This document shows, one piece after another, positions 9,799 to 20,092 of a stretch of 32,000 nucleotides of DNA. The stretch is from positions 90,001-122,000 of the forward strand of contig NZ_FUWK01000004.1 of NCBI RefSeq assembly GCF_900167395.1, written 5' to 3'. The notes under the pieces were generated by a model. It did no database searches, was not told where the DNA came from, and worked only from the letters and a program-made list of their open reading frames with translations. Origin of the DNA: Nitrosomonas europaea. Its GTDB lineage: Bacteria; Pseudomonadota; Gammaproteobacteria; Burkholderiales; Nitrosomonadaceae. Every line of letters starts with the position of its first letter. Position 1 is the first letter of the stretch. A program made the translations under genes and the position numbers.

Positions 9799-10412
9799 GT
9801 TTCAATCCTCGCCCGGTCTGGTGACCGGGCGCTACTAATTAAATGATGGCTTTAATAGGTCGACTACCGGGTTTCAATCCTCGCCCGGTCTGGTGACCGG
9901 GCGCTACATTACCGGCACAGACGCTGATACCTGAATACATCATGTTTCAATCCTCGCCCGGTCTGGTGACCGGGCGCTACTTGACACGGGCCAGTAATGC
10001 AGCCTATTACGATGTGTTTCAATCCTCGCCCGGTCTGGTGACCGGGCGCTACTTAGATTAGGGTCAGTAATTCTTAGCGATTTAAAGTTTCAATCCTCGC
10101 CCGGTCTGGTGACCGGGCGCTACCTGGCAATTTCCTGATGGAGATCAAGAGAGGTAGAGTTTCAATCCTCGCCCGGTCTGGTGACCGGGCGCTACGCCTG
10201 TGACCCTGACAAATCTATTACTGATGCCACTGTTTCAATCCTCGCCCGGTCTGGTGACCGGGCGCTACTAGGAGCCTCGGTTTTCTCGGATTGTAACATC
10301 AATGTTTCAATCCTCGCCCGGTCTGGTGACCGGGCGCTACAAGCTAGTCATCTCGTTATGGATCAAGGATTGCCAGTTTCAATCCTCGCCCGGTCTGGTG
10401 ACCGGGCGCTAC
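9799..10412 (-). CRISPR. CRISPR array, 9 repeats and 8 spacers, repeat consistent with type I-C
   Basis: The 37-nt repeat GTTTCAATCCTCGCCCGGTCTGGTGACCGGGCGCTAC (plus strand) starts at 9799, 9871, 9944, 10016, 10087, 10159, 10232, 10304 and 10376. All nine copies are identical. Spacers are 34-36 nt and all differ. Orientation is taken from the cas2-proximal leader; the minus-strand repeat ends in ATTGAAAC. Confidence 0.97.
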
Positions 10413-10592
10413 AGTACAACTATAACTGCTTGATACATCTTTAAAATTCGGGCAATTTGCGCGAACGTAAAGATTTTCTCGGCTGCCGGTAACGAACAGT
10501 AGAAAAAGGAAGCTATTTTCCTGTTTGTTACCATACAGTTAGATGTAGCGCGAACTGGCCGGTATTGAGCCGGTGCTACAGGTTCGCGTTTA
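10413..10592 (-). promoter_or_regulatory. CRISPR leader (cas2 stop to first repeat)
   Basis: A 180-bp non-coding, relatively AT-rich stretch between the cas2 stop codon (10593-10595) and the leader-proximal repeat (ending at 10412). I could not place -35/-10 boxes with confidence. Confidence 0.55.
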
Positions 10593-10883
10593 TCAGATAG
10601 TGAGAGGTCCTTCAAAATCAATTGCCTTAAAATTGCCATACTCTTTTACATGGAGCTCCGCCGGTTCGGTCAGGCGATATAGCCGCAGATTATCTTCCTG
10701 TTCGTCTATTTCAGACAGTAAACGACGCTCCAGCTCCTCATACTGCATTAAATTGATACGACATTCAAATACAGATTTTTGCACACGTTGCCCGATACTT
10801 TCACATAATTTTGCAACACGGCGCAATCGCTTGCGACCTGCTCTGGTTTCCGTTGAAACATCGTAAGTAACAATGATCAGCAT
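10593..10883 (-). CDS. cas2: CRISPR-associated endoribonuclease Cas2
   Basis: 96 aa. [54 protein letters not shown] closely follows the type I-C Cas2 pattern (compare Bacillus halodurans Cas2 as I recall it). It starts 2 nt after the cas1 stop. Confidence 0.9.
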
Positions 10884-10885
10884 GA

Positions 10886-11453
10886 TTATCTAACCAAGAA
10901 AGGAAGATAACCATCCATTTCACCGCGTATGACGCGAGCCATAAATCTTGCCTGAAGCTGCGGCAGCAAGCCAATAGGTACTTTGGTTTCAAGCAGAGGA
11001 TGAGTAATCTCTTCCTGCTTGCGTTCCTGATAGGCAACGACTACAGTTTTTCTGGCTTTATCCTCAAGATGGACAGCACCACCTTCACGTACCAGTAAAT
11101 CCTGATCGGTGATTTGTCCACGGTTGATCAGGGTCAGTGCCAACCGATCAGCCATGAACGAGCGGAATTCTTCCATTAGATCCAGCGCGAGGGCTGCTCT
11201 TCCGGGGCGCACTGCATGCAAGAAACCTATTTGCGGATCCAGTCCGACACTTTCCAGAGCAGAACGACAGTCATTCATCACCAGAGAATAAATAAATGAA
11301 AGCATAGCGTTGAAGCGATCACGTGGCGGACGGCGCGTTCGCCCGTCCATCGTAAAGAATTCACGTATATCTTTGCGTACAAGATATGGCAGAGCGGAAA
11401 AATAGGTTTTGGCCGCATCTCCCTCAATTCCGCGCACCTGATCAAGGTCTTTA
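10886..11453 (-). pseudogene. cas1: cas1 remnant (C-terminal ~188 aa), 5' part removed at the transposon IR
   Basis: The authentic sequence begins at KDLDQVRGIEGDAAKTYF and continues GRTRRPPRDRFNAMLSFIYSL..GLDPQIGFLHAVRPGRAALALDLMEEFR..YQERKQEEITHPLL..YLPFLVR, which is the I-C type Cas1 C-terminal domain. The first 20 codons of track ORF 10886..11512 are IR or merR-antisense sequence. About 150 N-terminal residues are missing. Confidence 0.88.
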
Positions 11454-11491
11454 GGGGTCGTCTCAGAAAACGGAAAATAAAGCACGCTAAG
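11454..11491. repeat. Transposon terminal inverted repeat, mer end
   Basis: GGGGTCGTCTCAGAAAACGGAAAATAAAGCACGCTAAG. The merR stop codon (11487-11489) lies inside it, as in Tn21/Tn501. Confidence 0.95.
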
Positions 11492-11912
11492 GCATAGCCG
11501 GGCTTGCGTCACCCTGTAGCGACGCGATCAACGGGCAGGAAACATTTCCCTGCCGTAGATGGCAGGCGGACACAAGTTCGGACAGCACCGACTCCATACG
11601 TGCCAAGTCGGCCATCTTCTCGCGCACGTCCTTGAGCTTGTGTTCCGCCAGGCTGCTTGCTTCTTCGCAGTGAGTGCCATCGTCCAGCCGCAGCAGCTCT
11701 GCGATCTCGTCCAAACTAAATCCCAGCCGCTGGGCCGATTTCACAAACCGTACCCGCGTCACATCCGCCTCGCCATACCGGCGAATGCTGCCATAGGGCT
11801 TGTCCGGCTCAGGCAGCAATCCCTTGCGCTGATAAAACCGGATGGTCTCTACATTGACCCCTGCCGCCCTGGCAAAAGCGCCAATGGTCAGATTCTCCAA
11901 AATAGTTTGCAT
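11487..11912 (-). CDS. merR: Hg(II)-responsive transcriptional regulator MerR
   Basis: 141 aa. Contains [72 protein letters not shown] and the Hg-binding cysteines C..C(x8)C (HCEEA .. [13 protein letters not shown]). Divergent from merT. Confidence 0.96.
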   Translation of the reverse strand: MQTILENLTIGAFARAAGVNVETIRFYQRKGLLPEPDKPYGSIRRYGEADVTRVRFVKSAQRLGFSLDEIAELLRLDDGTHCEEASSLAEHKLKDVREKMADLARMESVLSELVSACHLRQGNVSCPLIASLQGDASPAMP

Positions 11913-11917
11913 ATCGC

Positions 11918-11948
11918 TTGACTCCGTACATGACTACGGAAGTAAGGT
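11918..11948 (+). promoter_or_regulatory. merOP: PmerT promoter with MerR operator dyad
   Basis: -35 TTGACT (11918-11923), a 19-nt spacer, and -10 TAAGGT (11943-11948). The spacer contains the dyad TCCGTAC-ATGA-CTACGGA (6 of 7 positions symmetric). The overlong 19-bp spacer is the MerR-family hallmark. Confidence 0.85.
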
Positions 11949-11983
11949 TACGCTATCCATTCCAAATTCAAAAGGACAAAAGC

Positions 11984-12334
11984 ATGTCGGAACCACAAAA
12001 CGGGCGCGGCGCGCTCTTCGCCGGCGGGCTGGCCGCCATCCTCGCCTCTACCTGTTGCCTTGGGCCGCTAGTCCTGGTCGCTCTGGGATTCAGTGGCGCG
12101 TGGATCGGCAACCTGACGATATTGGAGCCGTATCGGCCGATCTTCATCGGCGCGGCGTTGGTTGCGCTGTTCTTTGCCTGGCGGCGCATCTACCGCCCGG
12201 CAGAAGCCTGCAAGCCGGGCGAGGTGTGCGCGATTCCACACGTGCATACCACCTACAAGCTCATTTTCTGGATCGTGGCCGTGCTGGTCCTGGTTGCGCT
12301 TGGTTTTCCCTACGTCATGCCATTTTTCTACTAA
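11984..12334 (+). CDS. merT: Mercuric ion transport protein MerT
   Basis: 116 aa from the internal ATG at 11984: MSEPQNGRGALFAGGLAAILASTCCLGPLVLVALGF.. with the CC pair in TM1. The ORF-track upstream extension runs through the operator and was rejected. Confidence 0.95.
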   Translation: MSEPQNGRGALFAGGLAAILASTCCLGPLVLVALGFSGAWIGNLTILEPYRPIFIGAALVALFFAWRRIYRPAEACKPGEVCAIPHVHTTYKLIFWIVAVLVLVALGFPYVMPFFY

Positions 12335-12347
12335 TCAGGAGTTCACC

Positions 12348-12623
12348 ATGAAAAAACTGTTTGCCTCCCTCGCTCTCGTCGCCGTCGTTGCCCCCGTGTG
12401 GGCCGCCACCCAAACGGTCACGCTGTCCGTGCCTGGCATGACCTGCGCTGCCTGTCCGATCACGGTCAAAAAAGCCATCTCGAAAGTCGAGGGTGTAAGC
12501 AAGACCGACGTGAGCTTCGACAAGCGCGAGGCCGTCGTCACCTTCGACGACACCAAGACCAACGTCCAGAAGTTGACCAAGGCGACCGAGGGCGCGGGCT
12601 ATCCGTCCAGCGTCAAACGCTGA
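12348..12623 (+). CDS. merP: Periplasmic mercuric ion-binding protein MerP
   Basis: 91 aa: signal peptide MKKLFASLALVAVVAPVWA, then an HMA fold with GMTCAACP. Confidence 0.95.
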   Translation: MKKLFASLALVAVVAPVWAATQTVTLSVPGMTCAACPITVKKAISKVEGVSKTDVSFDKREAVVTFDDTKTNVQKLTKATEGAGYPSSVKR

Positions 12624-12651
12624 TCCGCTGAACCTAACTCGGGAGCGACAC

Positions 12652-14798
<2,147 letters not shown>

Positions 14799-14815
14799 GG
14801 AAAAGGAGGTGTTCG

Positions 14816-15181
14816 ATGAACGCCTACACGGTGTCCCGACTGGCTGACGATGCCGGCGTGAGTGTGCATGTCGTGCGCGACTACATCGTGCGTGGATTGT
14901 TGCGGCCGGTCGCATGCACCACGGGCGGCTACGGCCTGTTCGACGCGGCAGCCTTGCAACGCCTGTGCTTCGTGCGGGCCGCCTTTGACGCGGGCATCGG
15001 CCTGGGCGCGCTGGCGCGGCTGTGTCGGGCACTGGATGCTGCGGACGGCGACGGCGCGGCTGCGCAGCTTGCCGTGCTGCATCAACTCGTAGAACGGCGG
15101 CGCGAGGCCCTGGCCAGCCTCGAAATGCAGTTGGCCGCCATGCCAATCGAGTCGGCACGGCAAACGGAGAGTTTGCCATGA
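14816..15181 (+). CDS. merD: MerD co-regulator (MerR-like)
   Basis: 121 aa: [31 protein letters not shown].., a helix-turn-helix related to MerR. Position after merA is canonical. Confidence 0.9.
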   Translation: MNAYTVSRLADDAGVSVHVVRDYIVRGLLRPVACTTGGYGLFDAAALQRLCFVRAAFDAGIGLGALARLCRALDAADGDGAAAQLAVLHQLVERRREALASLEMQLAAMPIESARQTESLP

Positions 15182-15414
15182 ACAGCCCCGAGCGCTTGCC
15201 AGCCGAGACGCGCAAGCCGGTCACCGGCTACCTGTGGGGCGCGCTGGCCGTGCTGACCTGCCCCTGCCATCTGCCGATTCTCGCCGCTGTGCTGGCCGGT
15301 ACGACCGCCGGCGCTTTCATTGGGGAGCATTGGGGTGTTGCTGCCCTCGCGCTGACCGGGTTATTTGTCCTGTCCGTGGCGCGGCTGCTTCGAGCGTTCA
15401 AGGGAAGATCATGA
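15178..15414 (+). CDS. merE: MerE small membrane mercury transporter
   Basis: 78 aa: [41 protein letters not shown].. with the CPC motif. Its ATGA start overlaps the merD stop. Confidence 0.88.
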   Translation: MNSPERLPAETRKPVTGYLWGALAVLTCPCHLPILAAVLAGTTAGAFIGEHWGVAALALTGLFVLSVARLLRAFKGRS

Positions 15415-16397
15415 CCGCTTCCCGACCGGTTGTATGGACGGCGACACAATTGGCGCAGGCGGTTGTGCTCGGACAGCTTGAGCTGCATTACCAGCCGATT
15501 GTCGATCTGCGCAGTGACCAGATTGCCGGCGCGGAAGCACTGTTACGCTGGCGGCACCCGAGTCTCGGCTTGTTACCGCCGGGCCAGTTCCTACCCGTGG
15601 CGGAATCGTCCGGCCTGATGCCGGAGATCGGTGCATGGGTGCTGCGCGAAGCCTGCCAGCAGATGCACGAGTGGCTACCGGTGCAATGGCGGCCGTTCCG
15701 CCTGGCCGTCAATGTATCCGCACGCCAGGTCGGGCCAGGTTTCGATGACCAGGTGCAACAGGCATTGGCGGCGGCAGGCTTGCTCGCCGAGTATCTGGAA
15801 ATCGAGCTGACCGAATCGGCCGCCTTCGGCGATCCGGCAATTTTTCCTCTCCTGGATGCGTTGCGCGCCATCGGCGTGCGCTTCGCTGCCGACGATTTCG
15901 GGACGGGCTATTCCTGCCTGCAACACCTGAAATGCTGCCCGATCACCACGCTCAAGATCGACCAATCGTTCGTCGCGGGAATCGTGGATGACACACGCGA
16001 CCAGACCATCGTCCGGGCGGTGATCCAACTCGCGCACGGCCTTGGCATGGAAGTGGTAGCCGAGGGAGTGGAAACGCCGGCCAGTCTCACGCAGTTGCGG
16101 CTAGCGGACTGCGACGCAGTGCAGGGCTTCCTGTTCGCCAAGCCGATGCCGGCGGCGGCATTCGCCGCCTTCGTTAAGCGATGGAGGGGTGTCACCATGA
16201 ACGTCAACGAACCGACCACCAGTTGTTGCGTGTGCTGCAAGGAAATTCCGCTCGATGCTGCCTTCACCCCGGAAGGCTCGGAATACGTCGAACACTTTTG
16301 TGGACTCGATTGTTATGAACGTTTTCAGGCCCGAGCTAAAGCCGTAGCCGAACCAGTTACTACACCTGCCGCTGGCGGCCCAACGCCGTCAGGTTGA
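15411..16397 (+). CDS. Urf2-type EAL-domain protein (predicted c-di-GMP phosphodiesterase) with a Cys-rich C-terminal tail
   Basis: 328 aa from the ATG at 15411, with ATGA overlap on the merE stop. EAL-domain landmarks are all present: [53 protein letters not shown]. The last 66 aa contain CCVCC-X20-C-X3-C. Confidence 0.85.
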   Translation: MTASRPVVWTATQLAQAVVLGQLELHYQPIVDLRSDQIAGAEALLRWRHPSLGLLPPGQFLPVAESSGLMPEIGAWVLREACQQMHEWLPVQWRPFRLAVNVSARQVGPGFDDQVQQALAAAGLLAEYLEIELTESAAFGDPAIFPLLDALRAIGVRFAADDFGTGYSCLQHLKCCPITTLKIDQSFVAGIVDDTRDQTIVRAVIQLAHGLGMEVVAEGVETPASLTQLRLADCDAVQGFLFAKPMPAAAFAAFVKRWRGVTMNVNEPTTSCCVCCKEIPLDAAFTPEGSEYVEHFCGLDCYERFQARAKAVAEPVTTPAAGGPTPSG

Positions 16398-16526
16398 AGC
16401 ATACCCTATCCTGATGTCAGGAGAAGCCACCCAGCAACGTCAGAATAGAGCCAATTTTTGTATTTCTTGACACCTGCGGCGAAAGGTCATAAATTTCTTC
16501 CTGACACTTTCGTGTTTAGAGGCACC
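16398..16526. promoter_or_regulatory. res (resolution) region and tnpR promoter
   Basis: This non-coding stretch lies directly upstream of tnpR, where Tn21-subgroup res sites lie. Repeated GTCAG/CTGAC-type half-sites are present: TGTCAG (16415-16420), CGTCAGAAT (16438-16446) facing TTCTTGACA (16464-16472), and GGTCAT..CCTGACA (16485-16506). I could not delimit subsites I-III. Confidence 0.6.
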
Positions 16527-17087
16527 ATGCAGGGTCAACGCATCGGCTATGTCCGGGTCAGCAGCTTCGACCAGAACCCGGAACGGCAACTGGAGCATGT
16601 CGAAGTCGGCAGGGTATTCACCGACAAGGCGTCGGGAAAAGACACCCAGCGGCCTGAACTCGATTCGTTGCTGGCCTTCGTGCGCGAAGGCGACACGGTG
16701 GTGGTGCACAGCATGGATCGCCTGGCGCGCAACCTCGATGATTTGCGCCGCCTGGTACAAAAGCTGACCAAACGCGGCGTGCGCATCGAGTTCGTCAAGG
16801 AGAGTTTGACCTTCACCGGCGAGGATTCGCCGATGGCGAACCTGATGCTGTCGGTGATGGGTGCGTTCGCCGAATTCGAGCGGGCCTTGATCCGCGAGCG
16901 GCAGCGCGAAGGCATCGCGCTCGCCAAGCAGCGCGGAGTCTACCGGGGCCGTAAGAAAGCACTGTCGCCCGAACAGGTCGCCGAACTGCGGCAGCGTGCC
17001 GCAGCCGGCGAACAGAAAGCGAAGCTGGCACGTGAATTCGGTGTCAGCCGGGAGACCCTGTATCAATACTTGAGATTGGATCAATAG
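16527..17087 (+). CDS. tnpR: Tn3-family serine resolvase TnpR
   Basis: 186 aa from the ATG at 16527: [85 protein letters not shown]. This shows the catalytic Ser and a C-terminal HTH. Confidence 0.96.
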   Translation: MQGQRIGYVRVSSFDQNPERQLEHVEVGRVFTDKASGKDTQRPELDSLLAFVREGDTVVVHSMDRLARNLDDLRRLVQKLTKRGVRIEFVKESLTFTGEDSPMANLMLSVMGAFAEFERALIRERQREGIALAKQRGVYRGRKKALSPEQVAELRQRAAAGEQKAKLAREFGVSRETLYQYLRLDQ

Positions 17088-17089
17088 CG

Positions 17090-20059
17090 ATGCCTCGTCG
17101 TTCCATACTGTCCGCCGCCGAGCGGGAAAGCCTGCTGGCGTTGCCGGACACCAAGGACGACCTGATTCGACATTACACGTTCAGCGATACTGACCTTGCC
17201 ATCATCCGGCAGCGGCGCGGGCCTGCCAACCGGCTGGGCTTCGCCGTGCAGCTTTGCTACCTGCGCTTTCCCGGCATTATCCTTGGCGTCGATCAGCCGC
17301 CGTTCCCGCCCTTACTGAAACTGGTCGCCAACCAACTCAAGGTCGGCATCGAAAGCTGGGACGACTACGGGCAGCGAGAGCAGACCCGGCGCGAGCACCT
17401 GGTCGAGCTGCAAAACGCGTTCGGCTTCCAGCCCTTCACGATGAGCCACTATCGGCAGGCTGTGCATACGCTGACTGAGCGAGCCATGCAGACCGACAAG
17501 GGCATCGTGCTGGCCGATGCCTTGATCGAACATTTGCGGCGACAGTCCATCATTCTGCCCGCGCTCAATGCCATCGAGCGCGCCAGCTCCGAGGCCATCA
17601 CCCGCGCCAACCGACGAATCTACGAAGCCCTGTCCGAGCCGTTGTCGAACGGGCACCGGCATGGCCTCGACGATCTTCTAAAACGCCGCGACAACAGCAA
17701 GACGACTTGGCTGGCCTGGCTGCGGCAGTCGCCCGCCAAGCCCAATTCTCGGCACATGCTCGAACACATCGAGCGTCTCAAAGCCTGGCAGGCGCTCGAC
17801 CTGCCGCCCGGCATCGAGCGGCTGGTTCACCAGAATCGGTTGCTCAAGATCGCCCGCGAGGGCGGCCAGATGACGCCCGCCGACCTGGCCAAGTTCGAGC
17901 CGCAACGGCGCTACGCCACCCTGGTGGCGCTGGCCATCGAAGGCATGGCCACCGTCACTGACGAAATCATCGACCTGCACGACCGTATCCTCGGGAAGCT
18001 GTTCAACGCAGCCAAAAACAAGCATCAGCAGCAGTTCCAGGCGTCCGGCAAAGCCATCAACGCCAAGGTGCGCCTGTACGGCCGCATCGGCCAGGTGCTG
18101 ATCGACGCCAAGCAATCGGGCGGCGACCCGTTCGCCGCCATCGAGGCCGTCATGTCCTGGGACGCCTTCGCCGAAAGCGTCACCGAGGCGCAAAAGCTCG
18201 CGCAGCCCGATGACTTCGATTTCCTGCACCGTATCGGCGAGAGCTACGCCACCTTGCGCCGCTACGCGCCGGAATTTTTGGATGTGCTCAAGCTGCGGGC
18301 AGCGCCCGCCGCCAAGGACGTGCTCGATGCCATCGAGGTGCTGCGCGGCATGAACACCGACAACGCCCGCAAGGTGCCCGCTGATGCTCCGACCGATTTC
18401 ATCAAGCCGCGCTGGCAGAAGTTGGTGATGACCGACGCCGGCATCGACCGGCGCTACTACGAGCTGTGCGCACTGTCGGAACTCAAGAACTCGCTGCGCT
18501 CGGGCGACATCTGGGTGCAGGGATCACGCCAGTTCAAGGACTTCGAGGACTACCTGGTGCCGCCCGCGAAGTTCGCCAGCCTCAAGCAGTCCAGCGAACT
18601 GCCGCTGGCCGTGGCCACCGACTGTGACCAGTACCTAGACGACCGGCTAACGCTGCTGGAGGCGCAACTTGCCACGGTCAATCGCATGGCAGCGGCGAAC
18701 GACCTGCCGGATGCGATCATCACCGAGTCGGGCCTGAAGATTATGCCGCTGGATGCAGCCGTGCCCGAGACTGCGCAGGCGCTGATCGACCAGACCGCGA
18801 TGATCCTGCCACACGTCAAGATCACCGAACTGCTGCTGGAGGTAGATGAATGGACGGGCTTCACTCGTCACTTCGCGCACCTGAAATCGGGCGATCTGGC
18901 CAAGGATAAGAACCTGCTGCTGACGACGATCCTGGCCGACGCGATTAACCTCGGCCTGACCAAGATGGCCGAATCCTGCCCCGGCACGACCTACGCCAAG
19001 CTGGCTTGGCTACAAGCCTGGCATATCCGCGACGAAACCTACTCGACGGCGCTGGCCGAGCTGGTCAATGCACAGTTTCGGCACCCGTTCGCCGAGCACT
19101 GGGGCGATGGCACCACGTCATCGTCGGACGGCCAGAACTTCCGCACTGGCAGCAAGGCCGAGAGTACGGGCCACATCAACCCGAAATACGGCAGCAGCCC
19201 AGGGCGGACGTTCTACACCTACATCTCCGACCAGTACGCGCCGTTCCACACTAAGGTCGTGAACGTCGGCGTGCGCGACTCGACCTACGTGCTCGATGGC
19301 CTGCTGTACCACGAGTCCGACCTGCGCATCGAGGAGCACTACACCGACACGGCAGGCTTCACCGATCATGTCTTCGCCTTAATGCACCTGCTGGGCTTCC
19401 GCTTTGCGCCGCGCATCCGCGACCTGGGTGATACCAAGCTGTTCGTCCCAAAGGGTGAAGCCAGTTACGACGCGCTCAAACCGATGATTAGCAGCGACAA
19501 GCTGAACATCAAGGCGATTCGTGCCCACTGGGACGAAATCCTGCGGCTGGCCACCTCAATCAAGCAGGGTACGGTGACAGCCTCGCTGATGCTCAGGAAG
19601 CTCGGCAGTTACCCACGTCAGAACGGCCTGGCCGTGGCCCTGCGCGAGTTGGGCCGCATCGAGCGCACGCTGTTCATTCTGGACTGGCTGCAAAGCGTGG
19701 AACTGCGCCGACGTGTCCACGCCGGACTCAATAAGGGCGAAGCGCGCAATGCGCTGGCCCGCGCCGTGTTTTTCAACCGGCTGGGTGAAATCCGCGACCG
19801 CAGTTTCGAGCAGCAGCGCTACCGGGCCAGCGGCCTCAACCTGGTGACAGCGGCTGTCGTGCTGTGGAACACGGTCTATCTGGAACGGGCGGCGCATGCG
19901 CTACGTGGCAACGGTCATGCCGTCGATGACGCGCTGTTGCAGTACCTGTCACCGCTGGGCTGGGAGCACATCAACCTGACCGGTGATTACCTGTGGCGCA
20001 GCAGCGCCAAGATCGGAGAGGGCAAGTTCAGGCCGCTACGACCGCTACAACCGGCTTAG
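17090..20059 (+). CDS. tnpA: Tn3-family (Tn21-subgroup) DDE transposase TnpA
   Basis: 989 aa, starting 2 nt after tnpR. Its stop codon lies inside the right IR (20057-20059), as in Tn21/Tn501. Confidence 0.96.
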   Translation: MPRRSILSAAERESLLALPDTKDDLIRHYTFSDTDLAIIRQRRGPANRLGFAVQLCYLRFPGIILGVDQPPFPPLLKLVANQLKVGIESWDDYGQREQTRREHLVELQNAFGFQPFTMSHYRQAVHTLTERAMQTDKGIVLADALIEHLRRQSIILPALNAIERASSEAITRANRRIYEALSEPLSNGHRHGLDDLLKRRDNSKTTWLAWLRQSPAKPNSRHMLEHIERLKAWQALDLPPGIERLVHQNRLLKIAREGGQMTPADLAKFEPQRRYATLVALAIEGMATVTDEIIDLHDRILGKLFNAAKNKHQQQFQASGKAINAKVRLYGRIGQVLIDAKQSGGDPFAAIEAVMSWDAFAESVTEAQKLAQPDDFDFLHRIGESYATLRRYAPEFLDVLKLRAAPAAKDVLDAIEVLRGMNTDNARKVPADAPTDFIKPRWQKLVMTDAGIDRRYYELCALSELKNSLRSGDIWVQGSRQFKDFEDYLVPPAKFASLKQSSELPLAVATDCDQYLDDRLTLLEAQLATVNRMAAANDLPDAIITESGLKIMPLDAAVPETAQALIDQTAMILPHVKITELLLEVDEWTGFTRHFAHLKSGDLAKDKNLLLTTILADAINLGLTKMAESCPGTTYAKLAWLQAWHIRDETYSTALAELVNAQFRHPFAEHWGDGTTSSSDGQNFRTGSKAESTGHINPKYGSSPGRTFYTYISDQYAPFHTKVVNVGVRDSTYVLDGLLYHESDLRIEEHYTDTAGFTDHVFALMHLLGFRFAPRIRDLGDTKLFVPKGEASYDALKPMISSDKLNIKAIRAHWDEILRLATSIKQGTVTASLMLRKLGSYPRQNGLAVALRELGRIERTLFILDWLQSVELRRRVHAGLNKGEARNALARAVFFNRLGEIRDRSFEQQRYRASGLNLVTAAVVLWNTVYLERAAHALRGNGHAVDDALLQYLSPLGWEHINLTGDYLWRSSAKIGEGKFRPLRPLQPA

Positions 20060-20092
20060 CGTGCTTTATTTTCCGTTTTCTGAGATGACCCC
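20055..20092. repeat. Transposon terminal inverted repeat, tnpA end
   Basis: CTTAGCGTGCTTTATTTTCCGTTTTCTGAGATGACCCC is the reverse complement of the left IR with one mismatch (GTCATC versus GTCGTC). Confidence 0.95.

Noticed and set aside
10181-10444. An 87-aa plus-strand ORF with the internally repeated peptide SILARSGDRAL.
   Set aside because: It is simply a translation through four CRISPR repeats. The periodic peptide is an artefact of the array.
10545-10579. GTAGCGCGAACTGGCCGGTATTGAGCCGGTGCTAC, just downstream of the cas2 stop. It resembles the CRISPR repeat ends (GTAGCGC.. / ..GCTAC) and might be a degenerate repeat or a hairpin.
   Set aside because: The similarity is limited to the terminal pentamers and CCGG blocks. 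It lies at the cas-proximal edge of the leader, where a decayed repeat is not expected. The stem is short (5 + 4 bp). Alignment with related leaders would be needed to support it.
11449-11453. A possible target-site duplication, because both flanks contain TTA (cTTTA | IR .. IR | TTAat).
   Set aside because: The 5-mers immediately adjacent to the IRs are CTTTA and TTAAT. They share only a shifted trinucleotide, which is not a true direct 5-bp duplication.
16440-17084. A 214-aa minus-strand ORF exactly antisense to tnpR.
   Set aside because: The sense strand encodes a textbook serine resolvase. The antisense ORF has no recognisable motifs and arises from the same GC-driven lack of stop codons.
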